A program made the translations under genes and the position numbers. Positions 55,649 to 58,122 of a DNA stretch of 58,122 bases are shown piece after piece (position 1 is the first letter of the stretch; each line of letters begins with the position of its first letter). The notes below the pieces were generated by a model that searched no databases, had not been told where the DNA came from, and saw only the letters and a list, made by a program, of their open reading frames with translations. This stretch comes from a virus (Duplodnaviria; Caudoviricetes): positions 1-58,122 of the IMG/VR virus record IMGVR_UViG_3300027721_000019; one strand, given 5' to 3'.

Positions 55649-57253
55649 ATGGCGGTTTTAACACCAGTTTTAACGGGTGGTAACGGGACACCTACCTATA
55701 ACTTAGGTATGGCTGAAACCTACTCTTGGATACCTATTAAAAATGATCAGAGTAGACCGATATATGCACGTGCAGGTTATATTACTAATTTCAGTGATCT
55801 ACAAATAACATTAAGTGCCTCTAACCTTAATATTGGTAGTGTTAAGATTCAAGATGGTAATAGTGGTGCTTTAGCTGATGTTGTCCAAGCCGGTACTAAC
55901 AATGCCCTTTTAGTTCAAACTCAGGATTTAGAATCTAATCTTGATGATATTTCTATAGGGGATAAAGGAGGAAATAATTTTGCATCAATTTATGCACCTA
56001 CTTCTTCTTTAAATGTTAATGTTACAAATACAGTAACTAGTATTACAACCCCTGAACCAACCCAGCTTGATGCCTTTGGTCGTTTAAGAGTTTCAACTCC
56101 TCTGACTCTTTTTGATTCTTCGCATCGTTATAGAGATAATAATCTCTGGTCATCGTTAACTGCTGTAGGTGGAACTTACGCATTTAATCAAAATCAAGGG
56201 TTAATTGATTTAACAGTGAGTGCATTATCTGGTTCTTCTGTTATTAGAGAAACAACGAAAGTATTTTCCTATCAGCCAGGTAAAAGTTTATTAGCTCTGA
56301 ATACGTTTGTTATGGCCCAGTCAGCTAATAATCTGAGACAGAGAGTTGGTTATTTTGGTAAAGACAATGGTATATATTTCCAATTAGATGACGGTGTAAT
56401 GAGCTTTGTTGAGAGAACATTAGTTAATGGTTCCCCGTCTTCCGAAACAATTGTTCCCTTATCAGCATGGAATGGGGATAAACTTAATGGAACAGGTCCT
56501 TCTGGATTTACTCTTGATATTACAAAGGCTCAAATTATGTGGATGGATATCGAATGGCTCGGATTAGGAACTGTTCGTGCAGGATTTATTATTGATGGTA
56601 AATTTATTGTTTGTCATTCCTTCCATCATGCAAACTTGATATCTTCAACTTATATAACAACAGCATCTCTTCCTTTGAGATATGAAATTACAAATAAAGG
56701 TGCTACAAATGGATCAAGAACCATGAAGCAAGTATGCTCTTCTGTAATTTCAGAAGGTGGCTACGAATTAAGAGGTTTACAGCAAGCAGTAGGTACCGCT
56801 ATAACAGCACCAAAAGCTCTTGATACAGCAGGAACTTATTATCCTGTTATATCAATTAGATTAAAAACATCTCCAAATAGATTAGATGCAATAGTAATAC
56901 TAACAGCGTTATCCATAATGGGCCTCGACACAGGGATATATAGTTGGCGAGTAATTGCTACCGGAACAACTGGTGGGGGTGGTGCATGGGTGGATGCGGG
57001 TTCTGATTCAGCAGTCGAGTATAAATTAGATGGGACAAGCATTACTGGTGGAAGAATCTTAGCAGAAGGATATCTTACATCAAACACTCAGGGCTCAGTA
57101 ACAACTGATATTTTAAAGGAAGCGCTCTTTAAATTTCAATTAGAAAGAAACGGACTTACAAATGTTCCTTATGAACTTACTATAGCAGTAGCAGCAAGTA
57201 CTAATAATGAACTAGTACATGCTTCAATGGATTGGGAAGAGATTTCAAGATAG
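55649..57253 (+). CDS. virion structural protein (DAFGRLRVS-type beta-sandwich domain)
   Basis: LDAFGRLRVSTPLTLFDS...YQPGKS...DIEWLGLGTVR.GF...LPLRYEI...MDWEEI. Confidence 0.65.
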   Translation: MAVLTPVLTGGNGTPTYNLGMAETYSWIPIKNDQSRPIYARAGYITNFSDLQITLSASNLNIGSVKIQDGNSGALADVVQAGTNNALLVQTQDLESNLDDISIGDKGGNNFASIYAPTSSLNVNVTNTVTSITTPEPTQLDAFGRLRVSTPLTLFDSSHRYRDNNLWSSLTAVGGTYAFNQNQGLIDLTVSALSGSSVIRETTKVFSYQPGKSLLALNTFVMAQSANNLRQRVGYFGKDNGIYFQLDDGVMSFVERTLVNGSPSSETIVPLSAWNGDKLNGTGPSGFTLDITKAQIMWMDIEWLGLGTVRAGFIIDGKFIVCHSFHHANLISSTYITTASLPLRYEITNKGATNGSRTMKQVCSSVISEGGYELRGLQQAVGTAITAPKALDTAGTYYPVISIRLKTSPNRLDAIVILTALSIMGLDTGIYSWRVIATGTTGGGGAWVDAGSDSAVEYKLDGTSITGGRILAEGYLTSNTQGSVTTDILKEALFKFQLERNGLTNVPYELTIAVAASTNNELVHASMDWEEISR

Positions 57254-57256
57254 TAT

Positions 57257-57264
57257 TATAAATA
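57257..57264 (+). promoter_or_regulatory. T4-type late promoter (TATAAATA)
   Basis: Exact consensus, 8 nt before ATG 57273. Confidence 0.72.
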
Positions 57265-57272
57265 ATATAACT

Positions 57273-57392
57273 ATGGCAAGCTATTCAAAAAATCGTACTT
57301 ATTCTAGAGCTAAGAAGCCTAAAAAGGTTGTGAAAAAGAAGACTTTAGTAAAGAAAGTAACTAATTGGTTTAAGAAGATATTAAATAAATAA
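57273..57392 (+). CDS. 39-aa highly cationic peptide, not in the ORF track
   Basis: MASYSKNRTYSRAKKPKKVVKKKTLVKKVTNWFKKILNK*; fills the gap and has its own promoter motif. Confidence 0.7.
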   Translation: MASYSKNRTYSRAKKPKKVVKKKTLVKKVTNWFKKILNK

Positions 57393-57399
57393 TAATACA

Positions 57400-57789
57400 A
57401 TGCCTGCTTTAACCCCACTTATTACTACTACACCAGGTGCAACAGCTACCTATAGCCCTCAAATGGCTGAAACGTTTTCCTGGTTACCGATTACTAATAC
57501 AGTTCGCCCGTTATATGCTAAGGCTGTTTATGATGTAGGTGCTAACGCTATAGTACAGAATGGAGCTACTTTTATTAGTGGTACAGCTTTAAGTGCAGCA
57601 TCAAGATTCGGAATTGATTCTTGGTCAAGAATCAATGTTATTGCAGCAACAACTGGTACATCTCTGACGGCTACAAACTGGGATGGAAACGCTATAACAA
57701 GTGCTTCCTTACCTGCAGGTGCAACATATTACGGTAATTTTACTGCCATTCAGCTCGGTAGCGGTTCAGTCGTAGCCTATAAAGCTTAA
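57400..57789 (+). CDS. small virion protein sharing its N-terminal module with 55649
   Basis: MAETFSWLPI....RPLYAKAVY; C-terminal LPAG...YGNFTAIQL.SGSVVAY. Confidence 0.7.
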   Translation: MPALTPLITTTPGATATYSPQMAETFSWLPITNTVRPLYAKAVYDVGANAIVQNGATFISGTALSAASRFGIDSWSRINVIAATTGTSLTATNWDGNAITSASLPAGATYYGNFTAIQLGSGSVVAYKA

Positions 57790-57897
57790 TAGTATTCTCG
57801 GTACTATAATAAGGTTCTCATTAGTTTGTTTAGTTTACACGATAAACTTGTTATTTTTAGTTTTTAGGGCTAAATAATATAAGAATATAATTATATT

Positions 57898-58122
57898 ATG
57901 GCTGAACTTAAACCAGATAATAGTAAAATTGTTACACCAACTACGCCTACTGCGCAGACTACAAGTACTACAACTTCAAAGTACCCTGTAAGTACTCCTA
58001 CCCCTGTACCCCCTGCTCAGGCTGCAACACAAGCTAAAGATGCTAAAACAGATCAGGTTAATTATAATAAGAAACCAGGCGGGGCAAGTCATACAGAGGC
58101 ATTTGCAGCTAAGGCTCAATTT
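57898..58122 (+). CDS. hypothetical protein, 5' part (runs off the window)
   Basis: ATG 57898 opens a Thr/Pro-rich frame (MAELKPDNSKIVTPTTPTAQ...) that stays open to the end. Confidence 0.6.
   Translation, partial: MAELKPDNSKIVTPTTPTAQTTSTTTSKYPVSTPTPVPPAQAATQAKDAKTDQVNYNKKPGGASHTEAFAAKAQF

Overview
This 58-kb window is part of a T4-like (Tevenvirinae/Kyanoviridae-grade) myophage genome. It is AT-rich, almost fully coding and mostly on the + strand. It contains replication and nucleotide-metabolism genes (gp32 SSB, FolE2 GTP cyclohydrolase, gp45-like clamp, gp44 clamp loader, dUTPase, nrdA/nrdB), terminase genes (gp17, gp16-like), tail genes (gp3-like, gp18, gp19, gp54-like, two gp48-like paralogs), baseplate genes (gp26/51-like, gp53, gp27-like, gp25, gp6), about 18 kb of very large accessory baseplate/receptor-binding proteins, neck genes (gp14, gp13), gp4 and the head module (gp21, gp67-like, gp22, gp23), followed by fibre/decoration genes. 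Main observations: (1) the conserved P2 gpI/T4 gp7-type wedge core appears split, in colinear order, across three giant genes; (2) four dispersed fibre genes share an N-terminal anchor motif, which is loosely echoed three times in one giant protein; (3) gp6 contains an in-frame TAG, probably compensating indels or an assembly error; (4) a TAAATA late-promoter motif lies only 5-13 nt upstream of many start codons, implying near-leaderless mRNAs; (5) three short ORFs missing from the ORF track, including a +15 cationic peptide. I found no tRNA, CRISPR array, integrase or mobile element. All product calls come from motif recognition and synteny, not database searches.
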